The notes under the pieces: generated by a model
Told to the model about the DNA's origin: nothing
The model's database searches: none
Seen by the model: the letters and a program-made list of their open reading frames with translations, nothing else
Part shown: piece after piece, positions 19,112 to 28,244 of the stretch
How the letters are laid out: each line of letters begins with the position of its first letter
Position numbering within the stretch: position 1 is the first letter of the stretch
Made by a program: the position numbers and the translations under genes
NCBI GenBank assembly: GCA_031271635.1
Contig: JAISVG010000033.1
Location: forward strand, 1 to 37,388
Length of the DNA stretch: 37,388 nt
Source: Erysipelotrichaceae bacterium
Lineage (GTDB): Bacteria; Bacillota_I; Bacilli_A; RFN20; CAG-826
Direction of reading: 5' to 3'

Positions 19112-19285
19112 CGTTTTTAAGTTTACTGGGAATTTCCCCCTTGATTTAGAAAATTTGCAGATTACAATATTTCACATTTTAAGACAAAGTACGAAATAAA
19201 AGTTAGTTTTAAGATATAATCTTAATATGCAGAGTAAAACCACCACTAAATTTGTGGTCAAAGATAAAAACTAAGGAATAGAATC

Positions 19286-21859
19286 ATGAAAAGAAAAACC
19301 GAAGATTTGTTTAAGAAGATTAGTGAAGCTTCAAGATATAAGACCAGCGCGGCTTTTGGATTAACTCAAGAGCAAGTACAACTCAGGAATGCCGAAGGTC
19401 TATTTAATGTGACGGAACGAAGAGTTAATAAAACCTATCTTCAAATCATTGCCGGAAACATCTTGTCTTTTTTTAACATCCTCCTCTTTATTATTGCTGG
19501 TTTCTTAATGGCTGCTGGTAGTTGGGGAAATCTTTTCTTTTTGATCATTCTGATTGCCAACATTGGGTTTGGAATGTTTCAAGACATTAGAGCCCGAAGA
19601 CTCCTTGATAAAATGCGTTTAATCACTGCTAAGATGGCAGTGGTAATTCGTGAAGGGCGTCAAATTGAAATTGATATTCAAGAAGTCGTCTTAGATGATG
19701 TGGTCGTGTTTAATGCCGGAGAGCAAATCTTTATTGATTCTACCGTCATCCACGGGAAGTGCTCTGTCGATGAATCGGCTTTAACTGGTGAGTCGCGAAA
19801 CATTGATAAAGCTCATGGCGACACGCTTTTTTCAGGAACTTATGTAAAATCAGGCCAAGTTCATGCGCGTGTTGAAAAACTAGGGAAAACAAATTATATT
19901 GAAACTCTGCAGAATAAGGCGAAGAACTTTTCTCGTCCGAAATCCGAGATTATTCGCTCCCTTAATCTCTTGTTTCTAATTATTGGGGTTGTTGTAATAG
20001 TGCTCGGAGGTATCTTATTAATTATTAACCTTACTTACCCAATGCATCAAGGTCCCCTTTTCGACCATTCAGCCTCTGATGTTGTTAAGCAAGTGGATTA
20101 CAACTTAATTATTACGGCGATTGCAGGATCCATGGTGAGTATGATTCCAGCAGGGATGTATCTTTTAACAAGCGTGGCTTTAACAACAAGCGTGATTTCT
20201 TTATCAAAACATAAAACCGCAGTTAATGAACTTTATTCAATTGAAATGCTATCACGGGTTGATGTCATTTGTTTTGATAAGACCGGAACCCTAACTGATG
20301 GTACTTTAAAAGTTGAGGATACAGTTCCGTTCGGGAGACTAAAAAAAGAAGCTTTTTATAAAGAGCTTTCAGAATTTGTTCAGGCCTCAACCGATACGAA
20401 CGTCACTGCTAAGACTTTAAGAGAACATTTTACGGCAACGCCTTCTTATACGGTCGATAAAACTATTCCCTTTTTAAGTGAAAACAAGTTTTCCGCGATT
20501 TCTTTTGTCGGGAAGGGAACTTATGTTTTAGGAGCAGCCGAAATGATTAAGGGCTTAGATCGGGAGACGACCCTTTTAAGGGCACAACAATACTCTAGTA
20601 AAGGCTACCGAGTTTTAGGCTTCTTTCATTCTTCAGGGAGAATTGAAAAAGAAAATGTCCTTCCTAAACAATTAAAGTGTCTCGGACTTGTTGTGATGTC
20701 AGATCATATTAAAGAAGACGCACAGGCAACGATTAAATGGTTCATTGATAATGGAGTGGATATTAAGATTCTCTCCGGAGATAACGCTCAAGCAGTCAGC
20801 ATTATTGCAAGACAAACCGGAATCAAAGACTCTGATAAGTTTATTTCAATGGAGAATCAAAAACCCGAAGACGTAGTGGCCCAAGCGGATCAAAACACTG
20901 TCTTTGGCCGCGTGACGCCAGAACAAAAAGAATTAATCATTGAATCGCTAAGAAAAACCCATACTGTGGCGATGGTTGGCGATGGAGTCAATGATATTCT
21001 GGCTTTAAAGCGAGCTGATTGTAGCATTGCGATGGCAAGCGGATCTGAAGCCGCACGCGATGCGGCGCATTTAGTGTTGCTTGATTCTAATTTTTCAAGT
21101 TTACCAAAGATTGTCGGCGAAGGAAGACGAGTTATTAATAACCTCCAACGAACTTGTGCCTTGTTCTTAAGCAAAACTTTTTTTGCCATTTTATTAACGA
21201 TCGGCTTTATCATTTTGTCTTTCGTGGAGCATGAAAACTATCGTTACCCCTTCGAACCTAAGAATATGATGATTTGGGAAGTCTTTACGATTGGGATTGC
21301 GGCTTTCCTATTGGCACTCCAGCCGTCTCATGATAAGATCCAAGGTAAGTTCCTTGCTAATACGATTCAGAAGGCTTTTCCAGCGAGTTTAGCCTTATTC
21401 TTTGGAGTCTTTGTGATTCTGCTTTGTGAAACTTTGGGTGTAGTGCTCCAACCCTATGTTGATAATTACATTTTTAAAGATATTACTGATAGTACGAAGA
21501 TGACATTATTAGTCTCGACGGTGTCTTTCTGTTCGATTGCCATCCTCTTTAGGATCTGTCTCCCCTTTAATAAATATCGCCTTTTTGTCTTCTTAGGTCT
21601 TGCCTTTGCGACGATCGGTGCGGTCCTCCTATTTGGTCTTATCCCCCTACAAGGACTTCATGACATGATTGGAGTTAATTTCCTTGAACTCGTTACGAAA
21701 AATAATCTCCTACTATTGTTACTAGGGATTCTCCTCATCACAATTCCTTGGTATCTTGGGCTTGACTTTATTTTCGATCAGACGAGAAGAAGCTATAAAC
21801 AACTACGCCGCAAAAACCAAACCTTAAAAGAGGAAGCTAGAGATGGGGAAAGCGACTGA
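19286..21859 (+). CDS. P-type ATPase (CtpE-like cation transporter family)
   Basis: LTGES, CFDKTGTLT, SGDN, FGRVTPEQK and MVGDGVND motifs. Confidence 0.92.
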   Translation: MKRKTEDLFKKISEASRYKTSAAFGLTQEQVQLRNAEGLFNVTERRVNKTYLQIIAGNILSFFNILLFIIAGFLMAAGSWGNLFFLIILIANIGFGMFQDIRARRLLDKMRLITAKMAVVIREGRQIEIDIQEVVLDDVVVFNAGEQIFIDSTVIHGKCSVDESALTGESRNIDKAHGDTLFSGTYVKSGQVHARVEKLGKTNYIETLQNKAKNFSRPKSEIIRSLNLLFLIIGVVVIVLGGILLIINLTYPMHQGPLFDHSASDVVKQVDYNLIITAIAGSMVSMIPAGMYLLTSVALTTSVISLSKHKTAVNELYSIEMLSRVDVICFDKTGTLTDGTLKVEDTVPFGRLKKEAFYKELSEFVQASTDTNVTAKTLREHFTATPSYTVDKTIPFLSENKFSAISFVGKGTYVLGAAEMIKGLDRETTLLRAQQYSSKGYRVLGFFHSSGRIEKENVLPKQLKCLGLVVMSDHIKEDAQATIKWFIDNGVDIKILSGDNAQAVSIIARQTGIKDSDKFISMENQKPEDVVAQADQNTVFGRVTPEQKELIIESLRKTHTVAMVGDGVNDILALKRADCSIAMASGSEAARDAAHLVLLDSNFSSLPKIVGEGRRVINNLQRTCALFLSKTFFAILLTIGFIILSFVEHENYRYPFEPKNMMIWEVFTIGIAAFLLALQPSHDKIQGKFLANTIQKAFPASLALFFGVFVILLCETLGVVLQPYVDNYIFKDITDSTKMTLLVSTVSFCSIAILFRICLPFNKYRLFVFLGLAFATIGAVLLFGLIPLQGLHDMIGVNFLELVTKNNLLLLLLGILLITIPWYLGLDFIFDQTRRSYKQLRRKNQTLKEEARDGESD

Positions 21860-22346
21860 AACTAGTATTATTGATAAATTTTTATCGCTTCTTTTTAAGT
21901 ATGAAATTGAAGAGATTACCGTGCCATTACTGTTAGAAGAGTTATATTATTCTCGAGCCACTTTTTATTATCATTTTCGTTCGGTTGATGATGTCGTTGC
22001 CGCATATTATTTAAATGAAGAGATTTCTGGAATTAAAACTGTTGCGAGTTTTCAGGAGCTTTTTGATCTTGTTTATGCGTACTTAAGCGAGAACGAGGTG
22101 GTGGCGAGTAAGATTTTAAAAAGTAGTGTCTCTGATTATCTTTTTGCCTTTTTGCTTAATCAAATTAGAAAAGGTTTTTTGAGTCTTAATGAAAGAAAAC
22201 ATTGGTATCAAAATATCGTCGACCTAGAATTTAGTTTATTTGGAGCCTTTGGTCTTTTAAGAAAGCAACTTGAAAACAGCGCTTCACTTTACGCCTTAAA
22301 ACCATGTTTAAAACAAATCGTAGGATTACTCGATGCAAAACTTTAA
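21843..22346 (+). CDS. TetR/AcrR family transcriptional regulator
   Basis: N-terminal HTH EEITVPLLLEELYYSRATFYYHFRSVDD. Confidence 0.8.
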   Translation: MGKATETSIIDKFLSLLFKYEIEEITVPLLLEELYYSRATFYYHFRSVDDVVAAYYLNEEISGIKTVASFQELFDLVYAYLSENEVVASKILKSSVSDYLFAFLLNQIRKGFLSLNERKHWYQNIVDLEFSLFGAFGLLRKQLENSASLYALKPCLKQIVGLLDAKL

Positions 22347-23457
22347 TTTCTCGCTTCCGACGCTGGTCCTTTTTGGGAAGGCTAGATATCAAGAAATCGG
22401 ACGAATTTTAAAAGCGAGACAGATCAAAAACGTCTTAATCACTTTTGGAGTGAGTTTCGCTTGCACCAGCGGGCTTCTTGATCAAATTATAACCTTAATT
22501 GAAGCAGTCGGCATTAAGGTAGTTTTATTTGGGGGTATTCAACCTAACCCCAGTCTTGATGAAGTGAAAGCGGGCTTAAAAGTTATTAAAGAGCATAAAG
22601 TTGATTATTTACTGGCGCTTGGTGGTGGTTCAGTTATCGATGCCACTAAGTTAATGGCTCTTTCAGCCTATGACAAAAGTGACCCACTAGATATTCTTAA
22701 TTATCAGCATGTACCAATTGCCAGAATGGGATTTGGAGTTATTCTTACTGTCGCGGCATCGGGGAGTGAAACTTCAAATTCACTAGTAGTTACGGACGCC
22801 CTTACGCAAAGGAAAATCGGAGTTAATCTTGAGCTCAATCGCCCTGATTTTGCAATTTTGGCACCAGATCTTTTGCTTTCTACTAATAAGATTGTGACTG
22901 CGGCAGGAATCTTTGACATCTTTATGCATACTTTTGAACGTTACTTGTCACGAAATAAGGCGGATAATACTTATATAGATGCCTTATGTTTAACGACATT
23001 AAAGCGAATCATGAGTAGCGGAGAAAAACTGATTAATGATTCAAATAATTATGATTTAAGAGAAGAAATGATGCTCCTAGGGATGATTTCACATAATGGG
23101 CTTCTGGGACTAGGAAAACAAGTGGAGATGCCGATCCATAAATTAGAACACGCTGTTAGTGGGGTTTATCCGGTGATTCCTCATGGTGTGGGGCTCGCAA
23201 TGTTAATTATTTCTTATTTAGAAGTAACCGGGTTAAAATCACTTTTAAATCAGGACTTAAGTCTAGCCATGATTAAGAGTTTTATCATTAATCTAGGACT
23301 GAATGTGACTCTAGCTGATTATGGTATTCGCTTAGATGCTGACGAATTAGTAAAGAAAGTTCTCAAGAATCCTCTTGATGTCTATAAGTTAAAACACAAC
23401 GACGTAGTTTTAAACTATAATGATGTAAGGAAGATCTTTGAAAATATTAGGGAGTAA
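22333..23457 (+). CDS. iron-containing alcohol dehydrogenase (butanol dehydrogenase-like)
   Basis: GGIQPNP, GGGSVIDATK, TVAASGSE, DIFMHTFERY, HKLEH and PHGVGL motifs. Confidence 0.9.
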   Translation: MQNFNFSLPTLVLFGKARYQEIGRILKARQIKNVLITFGVSFACTSGLLDQIITLIEAVGIKVVLFGGIQPNPSLDEVKAGLKVIKEHKVDYLLALGGGSVIDATKLMALSAYDKSDPLDILNYQHVPIARMGFGVILTVAASGSETSNSLVVTDALTQRKIGVNLELNRPDFAILAPDLLLSTNKIVTAAGIFDIFMHTFERYLSRNKADNTYIDALCLTTLKRIMSSGEKLINDSNNYDLREEMMLLGMISHNGLLGLGKQVEMPIHKLEHAVSGVYPVIPHGVGLAMLIISYLEVTGLKSLLNQDLSLAMIKSFIINLGLNVTLADYGIRLDADELVKKVLKNPLDVYKLKHNDVVLNYNDVRKIFENIRE

Positions 23458-23459
23458 AA

Positions 23460-24584
23460 ATGAAAAAAAATGATTTATGGTCGCTGCTGGTGTTTCTCAT
23501 TATGGGAGCAATTATTATTGTTTCTGCTTTGGTATTTATTTCTGAGGCCTTTGGACGAGCGGTTGGTCTTGATGGCAATTTAATCATTGGTTTTCAGGAA
23601 AGCCTCCCGTATCTTTTTGTTGCCCTCCTGATCTCAATTGTTATTAATGGGATCCTTGAAGAGACGTGCCATGTTATCGGGGCCTTAATCGGAGGATACA
23701 AAATCAAATCAGTTAACTTTTTTGGTCTTGAGTTCGCGAGAAATAAGGATCATAAATTTAAGTTTGGGCTTAGTTCCTTTAATGGTCTTACTGGAGAAAC
23801 TAAAGTACTTCCTAAAAACGATAAAGCAAGTTTAAAACTATACTGTTTGTTGCCATTATTTGTTTTATGCGCGGAAGTACTGACACTGATTCTCGTTATT
23901 ATTTATAGTTCGAGTGTTACGAATACCTATCTTGAGCCATGCTTTTTAGTTGTGATTACCATTACTCTAGCGATGATTGTTTATCAGTTTTTCCCGGTAG
24001 AACTTGACTCTTTAAATGATGGATATCGTTTCGTTTTAATTACTAGTGGCGGCGGGAAGGCACAAGTTGCTTTCAATAAAATGCTTGAGATTGAAGCAGA
24101 AGTTGAAAATGGTAACGCCAATTGGGCTGTTCCAGCAATTCTTCCTGATACTCTATACGGAGCGAAGATTTATTTAATGAATTATTACCGTGAAGCGAGT
24201 CAAGGCTCATATGAAGCGGCAGAAGCGACATTAAAGCAAATTCTTGAGGTTAATCAATTAAAAGAAATGATGATCCGAGTTCATCTTGAAACCATCTTTA
24301 TTAAGGCATGTTTAAACCTTGATGAAGCGCGTCGTTATTATGAAGAAGAGCTTTCTAATGATGATAAAAAAGTGTTATATTCAAGTCCAGATCTTGACAT
24401 TTTAAGATGTTATTTACTAGTTTCAGCCTTAATTGAGAAGAGCGATTCTGAAATGGAATTTGCGAAGAAAAGAATTGCGAAGTTAATCGAAAAGGATAAG
24501 TACAATAAATACGTAACTCAAAAAGCTTTATTAGAAAAAACTTATGAGTTAATTCGGAAAACAAATCTAAAAGAAACTATTTAA
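23460..24584 (+). CDS. membrane protein, degenerate M50/site-2 protease-like
   Basis: About 4 TM segments. LEETCHVIGALIGGYK sits where HExxH is expected, followed by LNDGY and a helical C-terminal domain. Confidence 0.5.
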   Translation: MKKNDLWSLLVFLIMGAIIIVSALVFISEAFGRAVGLDGNLIIGFQESLPYLFVALLISIVINGILEETCHVIGALIGGYKIKSVNFFGLEFARNKDHKFKFGLSSFNGLTGETKVLPKNDKASLKLYCLLPLFVLCAEVLTLILVIIYSSSVTNTYLEPCFLVVITITLAMIVYQFFPVELDSLNDGYRFVLITSGGGKAQVAFNKMLEIEAEVENGNANWAVPAILPDTLYGAKIYLMNYYREASQGSYEAAEATLKQILEVNQLKEMMIRVHLETIFIKACLNLDEARRYYEEELSNDDKKVLYSSPDLDILRCYLLVSALIEKSDSEMEFAKKRIAKLIEKDKYNKYVTQKALLEKTYELIRKTNLKETI

Positions 24585-25053
24585 CTTGATCTTTCTTTAA
24601 GAGATCTCTTATTTCGGTTAATAATTGCACATCAGCCGGGACAGCAGCTACGGCCGGAGTGGGAGCGCTTTGCTTTTGTAGTCTTTCTTTCGCGGCTTTC
24701 ACCGACATAATGATTTTGATGATAATAAATAAAACCAAGGCCACAAGCACAAAGTTAATAACGGTGTTTAACCATAAACCCCATTCAATCGCAGAATAAG
24801 TAATGTAGTACTTACCATTATGAAGCGCACCGACAGTTCCGTTTTGGATATCGGCTAGCTTTGAAGAGGGAAGAACAGTGACTAAACCGGCCATTCCACC
24901 AGGAACTGCCATTGTAATGATTGGCATTAAAATGTAATTCACGAGTCCCGAAATGATGGCATTGAAAGCGGCACCGATGATGACAGCAACTGCTAAGTCA
25001 ATGATGTTGCCTCGAGCGATGAATGCTCCGAAATTTTTAAAAAACTTTTTCAT
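24577..25053 (-). CDS. mscL: large-conductance mechanosensitive channel
   Basis: FIARGNIIDLAVAVIIGAAF and C-terminal LLTEIRDLLK. Confidence 0.96.
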   Translation of the reverse strand: MKKFFKNFGAFIARGNIIDLAVAVIIGAAFNAIISGLVNYILMPIITMAVPGGMAGLVTVLPSSKLADIQNGTVGALHNGKYYITYSAIEWGLWLNTVINFVLVALVLFIIIKIIMSVKAAKERLQKQSAPTPAVAAVPADVQLLTEIRDLLKKDQVK

Positions 25054-25207
25054 ACTTCTCCTTTGATAGAAGCATTATAAGATAAAATGCTTTCTTGGGT
25101 GCAATTAATGAGAAAAAAAGGATGAAAATGTCTCTTTTTGAGGCGTTTCCGGTATTAAAATGCAAAAATAGTGAATTTAGAATCGAGTGATAATTTATTA
25201 AACTAGT

Positions 25208-26224
25208 TTATTGAGTTCGGAAATTATAGATATAAATAACAAAAGTAGTGTCATTATTTGTCTCTGATTCAAAGACATAACAGAGTTCTTGGAGGGTATT
25301 CACGTCAAGAATCCCTAATTCATGATAGCCATTATCGATAAACCCAGCATCAAGAAACATCGTTTCAACAGCGGTTCTTCTTGTTGTAGTTCTAAACCTT
25401 GCACCATCAGAGAAATTAGTAATCATTTCAAGATTTTCCATTTGGTCAAGAATTCCGCTGATGAGCGGATAAAAAGCACCCATTACAGTTTCAAAAGATG
25501 GAAGCTTCAGAATAAATTTTGTGAATTCAAAGGTCATTTTTTTCTCACGCGGCTTCATTTTGACATTAATAGCAACATCACCAAGGTTATTTTGGGCGTC
25601 GGCATAAACAACTAGTAGTTCTGGTTGATTGGCAGGGTAATAAGCAGCAGAACTAGCGTTAAGAGCGTAAAGATTTACTCCTTCAAGTTCGTAGAAGTCA
25701 AAGGATCCTAAATAAGCAAGAATGCTTTGCATTTCTAAAATCGTGATATTAGTTAGTAGCAGTTCTACTCCGGCAAGAGTCACATCGATTTTAGTTTCAA
25801 TACTCGGACTTAGTTCGGGAAAAACGACTGGAGTGGTGACGCCATCAAAGGATAGTTCGTAATTAATAATATCTTCAAGGCGCTTAGTTTCTGGTGCAGT
25901 AACGGTAATCGTGATAGTATCTAAGATATCAGTACCTAAAACGAACGCAGTGACATCAGTGGTTCCCGTTTTGATTGCCGTAATAAAAGCGGTAGTTCCT
26001 TTCGCATCAAGGGCGATAATGCCTTCTTGGCTCAGTCTCCAATCAGCTTCTAGGTGTGCGGTTACTTGATTTGATGGCGATAATAGGCTAAGAGTTAATG
26101 TTTTACCAACCATCATGGTCGTTGGGCCGTCAGCAGTAATTTTCATATCATCAACCGGATTGCAAGCAACCAAAACCCCACTTAAGAGAAAACCGATGAT
26201 TCCGAGTCTTTGAAATATTTTCAC
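25208..26224 (-). CDS. lipoprotein with N-terminal Ig-like (Big_2-type) domain
   Basis: GTG start with AGGAG; lipobox VLVAC; beta-rich GPTTMMVGKTLTL...ITAIKTGTTDVTA...ITITV. Confidence 0.6.
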   Translation of the reverse strand: MKIFQRLGIIGFLLSGVLVACNPVDDMKITADGPTTMMVGKTLTLSLLSPSNQVTAHLEADWRLSQEGIIALDAKGTTAFITAIKTGTTDVTAFVLGTDILDTITITVTAPETKRLEDIINYELSFDGVTTPVVFPELSPSIETKIDVTLAGVELLLTNITILEMQSILAYLGSFDFYELEGVNLYALNASSAAYYPANQPELLVVYADAQNNLGDVAINVKMKPREKKMTFEFTKFILKLPSFETVMGAFYPLISGILDQMENLEMITNFSDGARFRTTTRRTAVETMFLDAGFIDNGYHELGILDVNTLQELCYVFESETNNDTTFVIYIYNFRTQ

Positions 26225-26318
26225 GTTTAATGCTCCTTTTTAAATAGTCTTTAGAAATTATATCATAGGTCGGTGTTTTTAAACGAGAGACTAAATTAAA
26301 TCAAAAAGACTAAAATTT

Positions 26319-26345
26319 TTAGCACTCCTATTGACAGAGTGCCAA
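26319..26345 (+). promoter_or_regulatory. CIRCE element 1 (HrcA operator) enclosing the -35 box
   Basis: TTAGCACTC-ctattgaca-GAGTGCCAA, one mismatch from TTAGCACTC-N9-GAGTGCTAA. Confidence 0.93.
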
Positions 26346-26359
26346 AGATAGATTATACT
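26331..26359 (+). promoter_or_regulatory. sigma-A promoter of hsp20
   Basis: TTGACA (26331-26336)-N17-TATACT (26354-26359). Confidence 0.85.
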
Positions 26360-26363
26360 ATCA

Positions 26364-26390
26364 TTAGCACTCGTTAAGTAAGAGTGCCAA
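26364..26390 (+). promoter_or_regulatory. CIRCE element 2 (HrcA operator) at the predicted transcription start
   Basis: TTAGCACTC-gttaagtaa-GAGTGCCAA, directly followed by a GGGAGG Shine-Dalgarno. Confidence 0.93.
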
Positions 26391-26404
26391 AGGGAGGAAA
26401 ATAT

Positions 26405-26779
26405 ATGTATCTTAAAAATCTAAATTCGTTTCTGACTAACAGTTCTTACTATGAACAAGGTCTTTTGACTAGTGATCTTATTGAGCGAGATAACCAGTTC
26501 ATCTTCATTCTTGATGTTCCTGGCTTTAAAAAAGATGAAATCAGCATTTCTTTTAAACATGGTTACATGACTGTAATCGCTGCAAAAGAGGTGAAACTTG
26601 ATAAAGACGCCCGTTTCTTAATTAACGAACGTACCAATAGTGTGTCAAAGCGTTCGTTCTATGTCGGAAAGCATTATCAAACTGATGATTTTAAAGCTAA
26701 AGTTGAAGATGGCGTTTTAACAATTACGCTTACGAAAAACAAAGAAGACGAAGGCGATAAGACCATCGCGATTGAATAA
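26405..26779 (+). CDS. Hsp20/alpha-crystallin small heat shock protein
   Basis: DLIE...LDVPGFKKDEISISF...ER...KRSF...AKVEDGVLTITL. Start moved to ATG 26405 after the SD; CIRCE elements upstream. Confidence 0.93.
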   Translation: MYLKNLNSFLTNSSYYEQGLLTSDLIERDNQFIFILDVPGFKKDEISISFKHGYMTVIAAKEVKLDKDARFLINERTNSVSKRSFYVGKHYQTDDFKAKVEDGVLTITLTKNKEDEGDKTIAIE

Positions 26780-26797
26780 CTAGCGCGTATTTTCTTT

Positions 26798-26831
26798 AAA
26801 AGGTACCCTCAAGAAACGAGGGTATTTTTTT
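26798..26831 (+). terminator. intrinsic terminator after hsp20
   Basis: TACCCTC-aagaaac-GAGGGTA followed by T7. Confidence 0.85.
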
Positions 26832-26882
26832 ACGAAATCAAAAGCGCTACACGTTAAGGTTTTAAGATTGTCTTTCCATTCT

Positions 26883-27869
26883 TTAAAACTTGTAATACTT
26901 TTGATTCTTACTAGTTGGTTTATCGGGAATACTCATCGCAATTAAGTCCAGCTCAAGCTCAGGCATCAAATAGTGATTTTTTAAGGATGATATGGATTTA
27001 AGACCTAAGCGGTTGGCAATTTCTTTTGCAGAGAATGGAATATATTCCATAATATTCATGAGTTTTTGAATTTGTGTTGTTTGGCTCTTCAGCATATTGG
27101 CTGAATTACGATGGACATTTTGAATCGCGGACAGCAAAGTCTTAAGCATAAAAATAATAAAATGAGTTGATTTTCCGTTATCAGCATAACAGTCTTGAAA
27201 TGCCGTGTAGTATTCTTGTTGACGTTCTTTAATGATGGTTTCAACAGGAATATATGCAAATACAGTCTTCCATTTTGTTAAGAAGGCCGTTTGCATGAAG
27301 CGTCCCATGCGGCCGTTACCATCATTAAACGGATGAATGAATTCGAACTCGTAGTGGAGAATTGAATATTTGATGAGTTCGTTTAGTTTTTCGGTTTCTA
27401 GCCATCGATAAAGAATCTTTATGAGTGGAGCGACGTTTTGTGGCGGGGGAGCGATATGTACGGCTTATCACCATTAAAAACGCTGACTCCTTTTGTTCGG
27501 AAACTACCGGCCTCAGCGTCTAAATCTTTCATCATCACTCCGTGAAGTTTCAGCATATCATCGATGGTAAATGGGTCGATTGTTTCTAAAAGTTTGTATG
27601 CCTCATAAGCGTTTTTAGCCTCGGTAATTTCGCTTAGTGGTGCGATAACGGTTTTTCCATTAATGACGGCCGTAATCTGTTCAAGAGTCAGGGTGTTATT
27701 CTCAATAGCCAGCGAGGAATGAATGGTCTTTAGGCGATTGATTCGTCTTAGTTGTGGCTGCTTTAATAAATTTTAAAGGGAGAAGCATTGTTAAATACTC
27801 AGTGATTTGTGCGACTAAATCAATCATTTTACTTGTTAAAGTGTATTCAGGACGATAATCAAATTTCAT
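26883..27869 (-). pseudogene. Fic-family protein pseudogene (two frameshifts)
   Basis: Three frame segments: MKFDYRPEYTLTSKMIDLVAQI; then LRRINRLKTIHSSLAIENNTLTLEQ...AGSFRTKGV; then HIAPPPQNV...HYEFEFIHPFNDGNGRMGR...PDKPTSKNQKY. Shifts occur near 27775-27785 and 27460-27468. Confidence 0.88.
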
Positions 27870-28244
27870 TAATAAGTTGCTCCTAATAAACTAAGAGTAT
27901 TTTATTAAAGCGAAGTCAAAAATACAAGTATCTTATATGCTATCTTATATATTTTCTTGTATGTTTTAACCCAAATTGGCGGTGATGAATAAGATTCCGG
28001 AGATGAATAATGACCAAATTCAGTTTGGCTAACCATGATTGAAACTACAAGCAACTAGTGGTGCAGTTTTCCTATAACGTTTTTCTGACAAGCCATTATG
28101 AAATAGAATAAAACGCGGCGAGGAAAGTTTAAAAGGATGCAGCAAGATGCTTTTATCATTTTTATTATTCAAAAACCTGATTATTTCAGTTTATATATAA
28201 ATAATGCTATTTCTTGTTTCTCTAATCTAAGGTAGAATATAAGT

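Noticed and set aside
19242-19258. NrdR box
   Set aside because: The spacing is off by one from the 16-bp NrdR consensus, there is no tandem partner, and no nucleotide-reduction gene is adjacent.
27870-28244. Mobile-element end or small gene between the Fic pseudogene and mscS (includes a TATCTTATAT direct repeat at 27929-27950)
   Set aside because: I saw no transposase, terminal inverted repeats or convincing ORF, and the short AT-rich repeat could arise by chance.
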